A DNA stretch of 44,675 nt from a virus. The stretch lies in IMG/VR virus record IMGVR_UViG_3300045988_160791; one strand, 5' to 3'. The notes under the pieces were generated by a model. It was not told the origin of the DNA. It made no database searches and worked only from the letters and a program-made list of their open reading frames with translations. The position numbers were made by a program, and so were the translations under genes. Of this stretch, positions 11,099 to 20,409 are shown in pieces; position 1 is the first letter of the stretch; each line of letters starts with the position of its first letter.

Positions 11099-11845
11099 TT
11101 ATAAACTTAATAATTCCTTGAATTTTGGAATTGCTTCATCATAATATCTAAATGTTTCTACTTCTTTATTTGAATATCTTGACTTATCATAAAACATTTT
11201 TCCGTATTGTTTGGTTTTTAGATTATTTCTATTAGCTAATATTCCTATTTTATTTGCTGTTACACCCAATATATTAGCTATATCTGTTGCTGAATATGTT
11301 TTCTTGTTAACCTCTGGTAATGGTAATAATGGCTTTCCAGCTATAATTGTACTTGCATAAGAACAACATACTTGTTTATACTCTTTTATATCTGTCTTGT
11401 CTGCTAGTTTCATCAATATACTTGCCATTCTTGCTCTAGAATTATTTAATTTTGCTTCTGCTGTTAATTTTTGATATTCTGATGTTTTAATTAATTTATT
11501 TTCACCTCTTCTCAAAGACTTAAGTAATTTTCTTATAAATGCTCTAAACTCTTTCGCTTTTTCTGTTTTTGCTAGCATTGTTACTTCATATATTCCATCT
11601 TCTGTGAATACTCTTGTTTCTTGTTCTCCTGAAGGAGTCCTCAATTTGATGACACCTGAAAAATCCTTTTCTTTTAAGTATTCAAATCTATTTACTAAAT
11701 TACTTATAGATTTTCTAGGATTGTTGTAACCTAAACATTCTCCTAATTGTGTACTTGTCATAAACATTTCTTTTTCATTTGAGTAGATATCACATTCTAC
11801 TTCTCCAAATTTACTTGATTTTACTAATTCTAATTTATTATTCAT
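11099..11845 (-). CDS. Bro-N domain phage antirepressor
   Basis: KFGEVECDIYSNEKEMFMTSTQLGECLGYNNPRKSISNLV...TRVFTEDGIYEVTMLAKTEKAKEFRAFIRKLLKSLR. Confidence 0.88.
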   Translation of the reverse strand: MNNKLELVKSSKFGEVECDIYSNEKEMFMTSTQLGECLGYNNPRKSISNLVNRFEYLKEKDFSGVIKLRTPSGEQETRVFTEDGIYEVTMLAKTEKAKEFRAFIRKLLKSLRRGENKLIKTSEYQKLTAEAKLNNSRARMASILMKLADKTDIKEYKQVCCSYASTIIAGKPLLPLPEVNKKTYSATDIANILGVTANKIGILANRNNLKTKQYGKMFYDKSRYSNKEVETFRYYDEAIPKFKELLSL

Positions 11846-11902
11846 ATCAATTACCTCTTTCTTTTATTAAATTATCCCCTTTTAATTTTTAGAAAAAGCT
11901 TT

Positions 11903-12253
11903 TTACGCTTGATTCTCATTAAATAATAATTTCTGTTTTGATTTTAATTGTTTTATGAATTTTTCTAATCTTTCGGTATCATTTCTGTTATCCCAAATTA
12001 TTTTACATAGATTAACAACATTTTTATCAAATAAATTTACTTTTGATACACTTTCAAGCTCATATTCTGTAAAATATTTATTGTTTTCATCTTTGCCGTA
12101 AATATAATTCATTGCTTTTACTTCAATTGGTTCGAAAAATTTTATCAATTTATTAGCTCTATCTTTATCTGCTATTACTCCACTAACAAATTCATCATCC
12201 ACTTTTACTTTTTCACTTTTATAATAATTTTTGATTCTATCTTTTAATTCCAT
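11903..12253 (-). CDS. Hypothetical protein of immI-like cassette
   Basis: ORF with SD. Confidence 0.5.
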   Translation of the reverse strand: MELKDRIKNYYKSEKVKVDDEFVSGVIADKDRANKLIKFFEPIEVKAMNYIYGKDENNKYFTEYELESVSKVNLFDKNVVNLCKIIWDNRNDTERLEKFIKQLKSKQKLLFNENQA

Positions 12254-12257
12254 ATGT

Positions 12258-12422
12258 TTACACCTCCATAAACTTTCTAAGTATTTTTTTGTAAATATTA
12301 AACTTAAATACTCTATAGCTTATTAGTTGTATAAACATTAATCCGATAAATCCTATAATTGTATATAATGCTAATAATGTAATTATAAATAATCCTGTTA
12401 TTATACTTTCTATTAATCCCAT
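12258..12422 (-). CDS. 54-aa membrane peptide MGLIESIITGLFIITLLALYTIIGFIGLMFIQLISYRVFKFNIYKKILRKFMEV
   Basis: GGAGG SD; close paralogue at 35776-35940; missing from supplied track. Confidence 0.75.
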   Translation of the reverse strand: MGLIESIITGLFIITLLALYTIIGFIGLMFIQLISYRVFKFNIYKKILRKFMEV

Positions 12423-12443
12423 AAAAAAAGACCTCCATTCATC

Positions 12444-12556
12444 TTGAATTTCAGCCCTTACTGTGATACAATATATTTGTAAGAGCTAAAGTTCTTATTC
12501 GTGAGATAATCTGTTACGTTCGCCAAAACATTCAGCAGATTATCTCTATTTTTTTA
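12444..12556 (+). ncRNA. Candidate sar-like antisense sRNA (promoter TTGAAT-N17-TACAAT, TSS about 12479, terminator ending about 12556)
   Basis: Perfect 11-bp stem GAGATAATCTG/CAGATTATCTC (12503-12513/12536-12546) then T-tract. Confidence 0.55.
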
Positions 12557-12746
12557 AGTTATTATAGACCATATCTATTCCATTTCTAACTATTTCTGAT
12601 TTACTTTTATTACTATGATTGATACAATATTCTAATTTTTCTTTATCTTCTTTTGATATTCTTACTTTTAATTCCTCGTTTTTTGGATTATTTGTAGGTC
12701 TACCCATCTTTTTATTTTCTATTTTTCTCACCTCACTTTTGTTCAC
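12546..12746 (-). CDS. Ribbon-helix-helix (Arc/MetJ-type) regulator
   Basis: MGRPTNNPKNEELKVRISKEDKEKLEYCINHSNKSKSEIVRNGIDMVY. Confidence 0.85.
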   Translation of the reverse strand: MNKSEVRKIENKKMGRPTNNPKNEELKVRISKEDKEKLEYCINHSNKSKSEIVRNGIDMVYNNLKK

Positions 12747-12752
12747 ACATAA

Positions 12753-12781
12753 ATAATATTATATGTTCCCACAAAAGTCAA
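12753..12781 (-). promoter_or_regulatory. Promoter TTGACT-N17-TATTAT with direct repeats TGTTC(A/C)CACA at 12740-12749 and 12764-12773
   Basis: Consensus spacing; repeats flank the -10 element. Confidence 0.7.
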
Positions 12782-12814
12782 GAGATATTTTAAATTTTTT
12801 TAAATTATTTTTGG

Positions 12815-12856
12815 GTAAAAGAAAAAGCCTTGAAAATTCAAGACTTTCTCTTTTTT
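12815..12856 (-). terminator. Terminator of the 433-aa gene
   Basis: AAAG-CTTGAA-AA-TTCAAG-CTTT type stem with T/A flanks. Confidence 0.65.
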
Positions 12857-14158
12857 TTACTTATTAATTTCAATAAAATTTGCATCTATTTTAGGTAATA
12901 TAACTTTAGCTCCCATTATAGATGTATAAGAGCAATCTCCCTGTGCAGTTCCATATATGGTTATTATATCATTATCTAATATTTTATCTTCATTAGGTTT
13001 AGTATAATATGTAACATAAACTGTATCTGTATAATATGTCGAATATGAACCTTTTTTTGTTATATTTACTCTTAAATCTACTGAATTACTCCCATATAAC
13101 ACTTGAACAACTTCTCCAATTATTTTTACATTAGTTCCTTTAAATTTATCAGGGTTTCTTGCTATTTGCTCAAATGTAAACATTTTACAACTTGCTTTAA
13201 ATTCTTGTTCTTCTTTTTCTTTTCTTATCTTTTCTTCTTCTTCTTTTTTTTCTTTCTCTTGATTTAAAGTTTCGTTATATATGTTTTCAATATTTTTATC
13301 ATCATTTACATATATTAATTCCATTTTTCGGTAAGATGTTCCTGTCATAGAATTACATATCAGATTTTTATCAGATTTTTCACATTTAAATTCACGTATT
13401 CTTTCATGAGCGCTATTCATTATAGTAATATAAAAAGTAGAGTTATCATCTTTATTTAATCCGCAAAATCCATTATATGTCTTTGATGCATAATCGCTAT
13501 CTATACTATTGAATTTAACTCTTACATTTCCTCCATTGATATTTATAGCTCCTACTGTAATTTTACTTCCTTCATTGATAATAAATTTATATGTTCCATT
13601 GTAATCATTCGTGATTTCGTATGTATTCTCTTTTTGTTCATTCTTTACAGAAATTACATTACTATTATTTGCTAAAAGGCTTCTCGTATAACTTACAATG
13701 CTAGCAAGTATAATTATCCCTATACTTATACCTATAATTATCCACCATTTATTATAATATTTTATTGGCGTCTCATCCTTGCCCTTTGTATTATCTTTGT
13801 GAAATGCAATTATACACTCTACATTATTTCCATTATTGTTTATTGTTAAATAATACTTTGTTATTTCTTTATTATTATATAGTTTAAATATTTTTTCTGC
13901 TAACTCATTTTTTATACAATCAACATAAATATATTTACTATTTTGTTCTTTTTGTAATTTATGCGCTGTTTTTTCATTTATTTTTTTTGTTTTTGAAATA
14001 TATATGTTAAAACAAGGCTTGTTGTTATAATATACTAATTCAATTTTTCCTCCATATCTAATATTTCTTTCCAATTGCATCATATTTTCTTTTATTTTTG
14101 AATCATTTAGTTTTATATTTATTCTTTCAAAAAACACAAGATCCCCTCCTTGAAACAA
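12857..14158 (-). CDS. Single-span membrane protein cargo (433 aa) with predicted extracytoplasmic OB-like C-terminal domain
   Basis: TM KWWIIIGISIGIIILASIVSY; C-term NPDKFKGTNVKIIGEVVQVLYGSNSVDLRVNI...DNDIITIYGTAQG. Confidence 0.7.
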   Translation of the reverse strand: MFQGGDLVFFERINIKLNDSKIKENMMQLERNIRYGGKIELVYYNNKPCFNIYISKTKKINEKTAHKLQKEQNSKYIYVDCIKNELAEKIFKLYNNKEITKYYLTINNNGNNVECIIAFHKDNTKGKDETPIKYYNKWWIIIGISIGIIILASIVSYTRSLLANNSNVISVKNEQKENTYEITNDYNGTYKFIINEGSKITVGAININGGNVRVKFNSIDSDYASKTYNGFCGLNKDDNSTFYITIMNSAHERIREFKCEKSDKNLICNSMTGTSYRKMELIYVNDDKNIENIYNETLNQEKEKKEEEEKIRKEKEEQEFKASCKMFTFEQIARNPDKFKGTNVKIIGEVVQVLYGSNSVDLRVNITKKGSYSTYYTDTVYVTYYTKPNEDKILDNDIITIYGTAQGDCSYTSIMGAKVILPKIDANFIEINK

Positions 14159-14212
14159 TTCTATACATAATTATAAATTATTTCAAGAAATATTTTTCGA
14201 CATATTTCGACA

Positions 14213-17200
14213 TTAATATAGTTTACCAAGTTTTCTATTTAAATATTTAAATGCACTGTTAAGTTCTGTTTCTGTCATTTTTTGTGGGTAAAATTTTAGC
14301 TCTATGTTATACGAGTTTTTAGTATTTGTTGTATTCATCATTTTTGAAGTTAAGTTGCTTTGCAATCTTGAATAGTTAGGTAATTTTATGTTTTCTAACA
14401 TTTTTGTATATTCTTTATTTTCCTTAGCAGTTAATACTCTTTCCCCTTTGTGCAATCTTGCTACATAGTTATCTTTTGGAACATAATCAAGCCCATCTTT
14501 GTGTCCTGGCAATTTAGGTATTAAACTAAATACAGATACTTTTGGTTTTATTTCTAATCCACTGGAAATTGATTCTGCAACTCTTTTAGCCGTTGCAAAT
14601 AATGTACCTGTAAAAGAAGAACTTTGTAACCCTGTATTTAAGCTTTTTAGTATATTTATTCCTTCATTTTCTGCTAAATTTCCTTTTCTTATACCTTCCA
14701 TTACCTTCTCTACATCTTGAACACCAGCTTGATTTAATAAATTTCTTAAATTCTCGTCAGACATTCCATTCAACAATCCTTGTAAATTAGATACTGCCTT
14801 TGCTCTAAATTCAGGGCTTTTATCTAATTTTTCAATTATTTGTTGGCTCATTGATTGAGCTTGGTTTACTGCGTATGGTGTTTCTTTTACAATCACACCA
14901 GTTGCATCTTGTATACTTTTTGCCATTTCAGGTGCCATTTTACAAAGTTCAGCTTCATATACATCGTAATTAGTTGCCGCTAATGTTTTCCAAGCTTCTG
15001 TTTCCTGTTGTCCTAATTCTCCATTTATAATTCCTGTTTTCTTCACTAATTCATCAGCCAATGTTTGTATGTTTTTTTCTGCAGTATCTTTCAATGTTTG
15101 CGCTCTTTCCAAATCGGCTGTGCTAGCACTTCTTGAATAGTCAGCATATTCTTGTCCTACACTTTTTAAATTATTGGTTATATCCTGCAAAGTAGAATCA
15201 CTGTAATTTTTTGTTAAAGTTTGATATTTAATTATATCGTCATATCTTTCCTCAGCATAAGCTTTTTGGTTTTCATTATACTGTTTTTCAATATCTGCAA
15301 AATTTCTGACTATATCAGTTCGCTCCTTATAAGCATTATTTAGACTTTCGAGCTCTCCATTTTGATTCTTTAATTCATTTATTTCTGTTTGCATTCTTAC
15401 TTTTCCTGCTTCTGTAGACCATTCCTTAGCTTCTGTTAATTCTTTAATTTTATTTTTATTCTCTTCAATTTTATTTGAGACCTCTTCAACATTATAACCA
15501 TATTTTTTGGCTGCATCTTCTAATTTGTGATATGCTGTATTTTGTTCAACCAATGCTTCATTTTGTTTTTTGACTACTTCTTGGTATTTTTCTTCGTTAA
15601 TTTGCAAATATATTTTGGCTTTTTGCTTTGCAACCAATTTATCAACATTATTTTGCAATTCTTTATAGCTTTCAATTATATTTCCATTCATTTTATATTC
15701 TGTACCAAGAGCTTCGTTTAATTCTCCTAAAATAAATTTAACTCTAGTTTCATATCCATCTTTTACTTTTCCATTTTCATCAACAAGATTTGCAAGTTCA
15801 TCCTTCATTTTAGAAATTCTATCAAGGTGATTTAATTCTACCGAAGCATTTTCTTCTATGCTCTTAAAGGTATCCTCAATTGCTTTTTTTTCTTGTGCTA
15901 CAGAATCTGCATACTCTTTTGCAGCTTTTGATGATTGAAATGTTTTTTCGTTATAATAAACAGCTGCAGCAGCTAACGCTCCAATTGCTATAGTTGCTAG
16001 TCCTGCTGGACTTACAATCCCCTTTAAAAATCCAGCTAGTGAATTTACACTTTTGCTTGTAGATGTGCTATTATTCTTTGCAACACTCAGAGCCTGTGAA
16101 AATATTCCAATTCCTTTGCTTGTTGTCCCAATTACAGTTCCTGCAGTTCCAACTATTTTTATAAGTGGTCCTACACCTGCCACTAATAATCCTATGTTAA
16201 TTATATTATCTTTTTCTGAATCAGATAAATTATCTAATTTATTTATAAATACTTCTACTTTATCTAATACTTTGTTCACAACAGGTAATAATTTTGTTCC
16301 TAAATTTGCAGAAATCGTCTTTATCCTTTTGATTGAGCTTTCTGCACTACTTTTTGTATTATTATACATTTTATCCATTGAAGACGACATTGTATTAGCA
16401 GTTTCATCAAACGCTTCACCATATGATGTCATCGAAAAAACAGCATCTTTTCCTAAATCTTCCCACATTGTTCCAAATATTGTCACACCAGCTTGATTTT
16501 GTTTTAACGGATCTTTTATATTTTGCAATCCTTTTACAATTTCCCCAAATGCCCAGGATCCTTTTTCACCACCTTCTGCGAATGCTTTTTCAAGTTCATT
16601 TGCATTTAATTTCATCGATTTTAACGTATCTGTTGCAGTGCCATCTTTTAGTCTTATTCCCATTTCTTTTATTGCATCTCCGACCTTGTCAATAGAAAAG
16701 GCTCCAGATTCTGCACCTAAGCTAAATGTATTAAACATATCGGTTGCACTTAATCCTATTTGTCTGAAATGTACAGAATATTCATTTATTGAGTCTAGCA
16801 AATCTCCATTTTTATCTAATCCTTTTTGATAGCCTTGGTTTATTAATTCAAATGCTTCATCTGCGGACATTCCCCATTGCTCCATTAACATTTTAGCAGC
16901 TCTGACACTTTCGTTAATTTCTGCATCAAATGCGTCTTTCAAATAATATGCTTTTTTAGTTATATTTTCTAAGTCTGCTGCATCGTCTAATCCTCGCATT
17001 TGTTGTTCAACAATTGCCATTGAATTTGCTATATCTTCATATCCTTCCCCAAAATTTGCATCGTTTATATCTGTTAACACTTTTTTATACTTTTCTGTTT
17101 CTTCTACAGATTTTCCAGCTTTAGCTATGTACTTATCTACGGCAGACTCTAAACTTGCACCTGCAGTAACTGCCGCTGTTGCTATTCCAACAATTCCTGT

Positions 17201-17683
17201 TGTTGCTTTTGCTGTAACATCAGTTCCTATTTTATTTATTTTTTCAGATGTTGAATCAACTTTTTTTCCAAAGTCTTGTAATGTTTTTCCCACTTTAGTA
17301 AATTTTGAATTTTCTGTCTTAAAATTATTATATTCTTCATTTAAATTTTCAAGTTTCTTTTGTGTGTTAACAATTTCTCTTTGCAAATTTCTATAATTTT
17401 CTTGTGATATTTCTCCACCATTTTTAATTGTTTCATCTGCTTCTTTTTGTGCTTGTTTTAGTAGTTTTAGTTTTTCCTCTGTTTCTTTAATATTCCCAGT
17501 TAATACGGTTTGCTTTTGTGCTAATAGCTCTGTATTTTTAGGATCTAGCTTAAGTAAAGAGTTAATGCCTTTTAATTCCTTGCTCAAACCAGATGTTTCG
17601 GAATTAACTTTTTTTAATGCCTTTTGCAAACCTGATGTATCTCCACCTATTTCAACTAAAATTCCTTTTATGCTTCCAGCCAT
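14213..17683 (-). CDS. Tail tape measure protein
   Basis: 1156 aa, coiled-coil, VTGIVGIATAAVTAG... and phage TMP organisation, after tail chaperone. Confidence 0.93.
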   Translation of the reverse strand: MAGSIKGILVEIGGDTSGLQKALKKVNSETSGLSKELKGINSLLKLDPKNTELLAQKQTVLTGNIKETEEKLKLLKQAQKEADETIKNGGEISQENYRNLQREIVNTQKKLENLNEEYNNFKTENSKFTKVGKTLQDFGKKVDSTSEKINKIGTDVTAKATTGIVGIATAAVTAGASLESAVDKYIAKAGKSVEETEKYKKVLTDINDANFGEGYEDIANSMAIVEQQMRGLDDAADLENITKKAYYLKDAFDAEINESVRAAKMLMEQWGMSADEAFELINQGYQKGLDKNGDLLDSINEYSVHFRQIGLSATDMFNTFSLGAESGAFSIDKVGDAIKEMGIRLKDGTATDTLKSMKLNANELEKAFAEGGEKGSWAFGEIVKGLQNIKDPLKQNQAGVTIFGTMWEDLGKDAVFSMTSYGEAFDETANTMSSSMDKMYNNTKSSAESSIKRIKTISANLGTKLLPVVNKVLDKVEVFINKLDNLSDSEKDNIINIGLLVAGVGPLIKIVGTAGTVIGTTSKGIGIFSQALSVAKNNSTSTSKSVNSLAGFLKGIVSPAGLATIAIGALAAAAVYYNEKTFQSSKAAKEYADSVAQEKKAIEDTFKSIEENASVELNHLDRISKMKDELANLVDENGKVKDGYETRVKFILGELNEALGTEYKMNGNIIESYKELQNNVDKLVAKQKAKIYLQINEEKYQEVVKKQNEALVEQNTAYHKLEDAAKKYGYNVEEVSNKIEENKNKIKELTEAKEWSTEAGKVRMQTEINELKNQNGELESLNNAYKERTDIVRNFADIEKQYNENQKAYAEERYDDIIKYQTLTKNYSDSTLQDITNNLKSVGQEYADYSRSASTADLERAQTLKDTAEKNIQTLADELVKKTGIINGELGQQETEAWKTLAATNYDVYEAELCKMAPEMAKSIQDATGVIVKETPYAVNQAQSMSQQIIEKLDKSPEFRAKAVSNLQGLLNGMSDENLRNLLNQAGVQDVEKVMEGIRKGNLAENEGINILKSLNTGLQSSSFTGTLFATAKRVAESISSGLEIKPKVSVFSLIPKLPGHKDGLDYVPKDNYVARLHKGERVLTAKENKEYTKMLENIKLPNYSRLQSNLTSKMMNTTNTKNSYNIELKFYPQKMTETELNSAFKYLNRKLGKLY

Positions 17684-17725
17684 ATTATTTCCTTTCTATA
17701 TTAGAAATAGAGGCTTTTATAACCT

Positions 17726-18374
17726 CTATCCTAATAATTTATCTATATCACTTTGTGTTGCTTTTCTAACACCATTCTTATTTGTTTTTTTATTGTTTAT
17801 ATCTATAAAAGAAATTAGCATCTTCATTATATCTACATATGTAAAATTTTTTAAATATTCTATACCTATTCCATTCTTCGCACACCACGCTAAAAATGTA
17901 TGCTCTGGGAATTTATCTTCAACAGTGTTATCATTAGAATTTATTTTTTCTAATTCCTTTGATAAATCTCGGTCAACAAAAGCAATTTACGGCAAATTCC
18001 GCTACCTCTACAATCCAATCGTCATTTATTTTTAGTGGTGGTACAGTTCTTAACCAATCTTCATATTCATCAATATCGTTATATTCTTTTATAAGTATGT
18101 ATACAATTCTTGTAGCAGATTCTACAAATTTTTCTATATTGTCTTCCATCATAAGTCTAGTTATATTACTTTCTAGCTCTTTTTCTGTAATATTAGGTAC
18201 TTTCTGTTTTATATCATTTAGTATTATTGCTTGTTTTATTAAATATTCCTGCAATACCCTTAAATCATCAAAAATTGATCTATTAAATACTTTTTTAAAT
18301 AGAATATATGTATAAGCATTACAATCATACTTATATTCTTTATTACCAATTTTTATTGTTTTCATTTTAATCAC
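17726..18374 (-). CDS. Tail assembly chaperone, gpG with +1-frame extension (gpGT type)
   Basis: 17973-18374 ORF; +1 frame continues VDRDLSKELEKINSNDNTVEDKFPEHTFLAWCAKNGIGIEYLKNF... to a stop at 17726, just before TMP. Confidence 0.75.
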
Positions 18375-18379
18375 CCTTT

Positions 18380-18949
18380 TTAAACATTAGCTTTTGCATC
18401 TTTTTCATATACTTTTGTAAAGAATGTATCGTAAACTGCTTGATTAGTTTCACTTGGCTCTATTACGGCTTTAATTGCTTTATCTGTAGTTCTAGGAGAC
18501 ATCGTAATTGACACTTTATCTGTTTGTGGTTCAGTTGAATCTTCTTTTGTACTCATTTCTGCTGTTGGTCTTGTTGCAGTACAGTCAAAATATACAAATC
18601 TTCTCTTCTTTTCATCTCCCTCAATTTCCCCCATTAATGCAAATCTTGCATTAATATCATCTGCATTCTCAAATAGGGCTCCGTTTTTATCTTTAGTTTG
18701 TCCCAATATTTGTGTTAAAAATTCTTCCACTAGCATTGCAACTTCTAAATCTCCACTGTATCCTTGATTTGAATTTGATATATAATACACAATATTATCT
18801 GCATAAAATTTAGTAATATCTCCTTCTGGGTCTGCAGTTAAACTTTTAGCTCCTGGCATTTTAAATGGTGTTCCATAAGTTATCTCACCATCTTTTTCTG
18901 TTATTTTTGCAATATGTACATTGCTAAGTCCAAATTTTACTTTGTTCAT
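18380..18949 (-). CDS. Major tail protein
   Basis: VKFGLSNVHIAKI...KSLTADPEGDITKFYADN. Confidence 0.88.
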   Translation of the reverse strand: MNKVKFGLSNVHIAKITEKDGEITYGTPFKMPGAKSLTADPEGDITKFYADNIVYYISNSNQGYSGDLEVAMLVEEFLTQILGQTKDKNGALFENADDINARFALMGEIEGDEKKRRFVYFDCTATRPTAEMSTKEDSTEPQTDKVSITMSPRTTDKAIKAVIEPSETNQAVYDTFFTKVYEKDAKANV

Positions 18950-18967
18950 ATTTTTTCCTCTCTTTCA

Positions 18968-19303
18968 TTATAAAATTTCAAAAAAATAACTTACATTCCA
19001 AACTCTTTCGGCTTGAATATAAGTTATAATTCGTTTCCACACTATATCGTGCAAAATTTCTTTTTCTATTCTTTTTTCTAATATTTTTGCTCTAGTATCT
19101 GTTGTTAATTCTAATCTAGCATTACATTTTTCAAAATATACATTATTGTCTGCTATAAAATTATCTGTATCAACTTCCGTAGACATTAGATGTGGAGGTT
19201 CTACTGGTCTGTCAAAATCATAGTGCGAATACGGTATCTTTACTTTATTTTCTTCATCTAAATAAAACTTATCTATTCTATTTTCTAACTCTTCCCAAGT
19301 CAT
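18968..19303 (-). CDS. Tail completion/head-tail joining protein
   Basis: Order and composition. Confidence 0.6.
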   Translation of the reverse strand: MTWEELENRIDKFYLDEENKVKIPYSHYDFDRPVEPPHLMSTEVDTDNFIADNNVYFEKCNARLELTTDTRAKILEKRIEKEILHDIVWKRIITYIQAERVWNVSYFFEIL

Positions 19304-19791
19304 ATTCCCCTCCTTATTTTTGTTATTTTTGTTTCTAATTTTTGCTTAAACTTTTCTTTGTATTTTTCTTCTGTTTTTCTTATGTGCAGAATTGGTTGTG
19401 TTCTGGAACCGTCTCTGTTTGCATGCCCAAATTCTAACAAATGTGTTAGTCTGTAATATTGTTTGTTGTATACTACTTTAGAATATTTATCTTTAGCCCA
19501 TTTACTGGTTCTTTTAGCTGTAGTCCAAGAACTTGCATACTCTCCTGGTATCTGAAAGTTTTTTTCGCCAACTCCGAACTTTGAATTACTCTTTCTTAAA
19601 TATACAGATTTAGAAGCTTTTGGAGATATTTGTTTTAACTCTTTACATGCTTCTTTTGTTGTTTCATCAGCTATTTCTTTTACTTCATCTTCTATATTCT
19701 CCTTACATTCTTGTAAATATTTCATTATTTCTTTTTCTATATTCTCAACTGCCACTTTGTTAGTATTTGACATTATTAGATTTCCTTTCAC
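19300..19791 (-). CDS. HK97 gp10-like protein
   Basis: KQISPKASKSVYLRKSNSKFGVGEKNFQIPGEYASSWTTAK...LEFGHANRDGSRTQPILHI. Confidence 0.8.
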   Translation of the reverse strand: MKGNLIMSNTNKVAVENIEKEIMKYLQECKENIEDEVKEIADETTKEACKELKQISPKASKSVYLRKSNSKFGVGEKNFQIPGEYASSWTTAKRTSKWAKDKYSKVVYNKQYYRLTHLLEFGHANRDGSRTQPILHIRKTEEKYKEKFKQKLETKITKIRRGI

Positions 19792-20110
19792 AAACTAGTA
19801 TGACTTCATCGTCATTATCTCCATCAACTCTAATTACAGTATAATGTTTTCCCATATATTTAAGCTCTTCTTGATTAGAATAATTCAAACTACTTATTTT
19901 TATTCGAATTGATGGCTTTAAATTTAATTGGCTAGCCTTATAAAATTCATTTTTCCAAACCTTTTCAGTTTGTATTATTGGAATTTCCTGTTCAATAATT
20001 TCAAAACTTTCTCTTCCATTTTTATCTTTTAGTATATTGCCATTTTCATCTTTTTTATAATTTTTAGATAGCAATACACAACTTACATCATGCATCGCTA
20101 TCATCTCCAA
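19760..20110 (-). CDS. Head-tail adaptor
   Basis: Synteny, SPP1 gp16-like pattern. Confidence 0.65.
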   Translation of the reverse strand: MEMIAMHDVSCVLLSKNYKKDENGNILKDKNGRESFEIIEQEIPIIQTEKVWKNEFYKASQLNLKPSIRIKISSLNYSNQEELKYMGKHYTVIRVDGDNDDEVILVCERKSNNVKY

Positions 20111-20390
20111 TTCTGTATTCTTCAGATTCTTTTAAAGCTCTTATATTAGATATATACCTTGTAAGATATTCATTTCTTTTATTTATATCAGTATCTCCAA
20201 AATGAGCTTTAACATATAGCATTATTGTATTTATAACTAAATTATCATTAATATTATTTTCAACATCTATATCTACTCTTTTCATATCAGTTTTTGCAGA
20301 GCTTATAAGCATATTTATTTCATCATCTTTTAAAGTTGCAGTTTTTACTATTCCTAAACATTGTTTTGCTAGTTTGTTTAAATCGCTCAT
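20088..20390 (-). CDS. Head-tail connector, gp6-like
   Basis: Synteny. Confidence 0.65.
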   Translation of the reverse strand: MSDLNKLAKQCLGIVKTATLKDDEINMLISSAKTDMKRVDIDVENNINDNLVINTIMLYVKAHFGDTDINKRNEYLTRYISNIRALKESEEYRIGDDSDA

Positions 20391-20409
20391 TTTTTAAATA
20401 CCTCCTATT

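Noticed and set aside
17706-17728. Hairpin ATAGAGG...CCTCTAT between tail chaperone and tape measure
   Set aside because: Only 7 bp without a good T-tract; not reported as a terminator or attenuator.
17973-17984. CGG as cause of the tail chaperone shift
   Set aside because: The zero frame there has no CGG codon; the CTTTTG slippery run is a better explanation.
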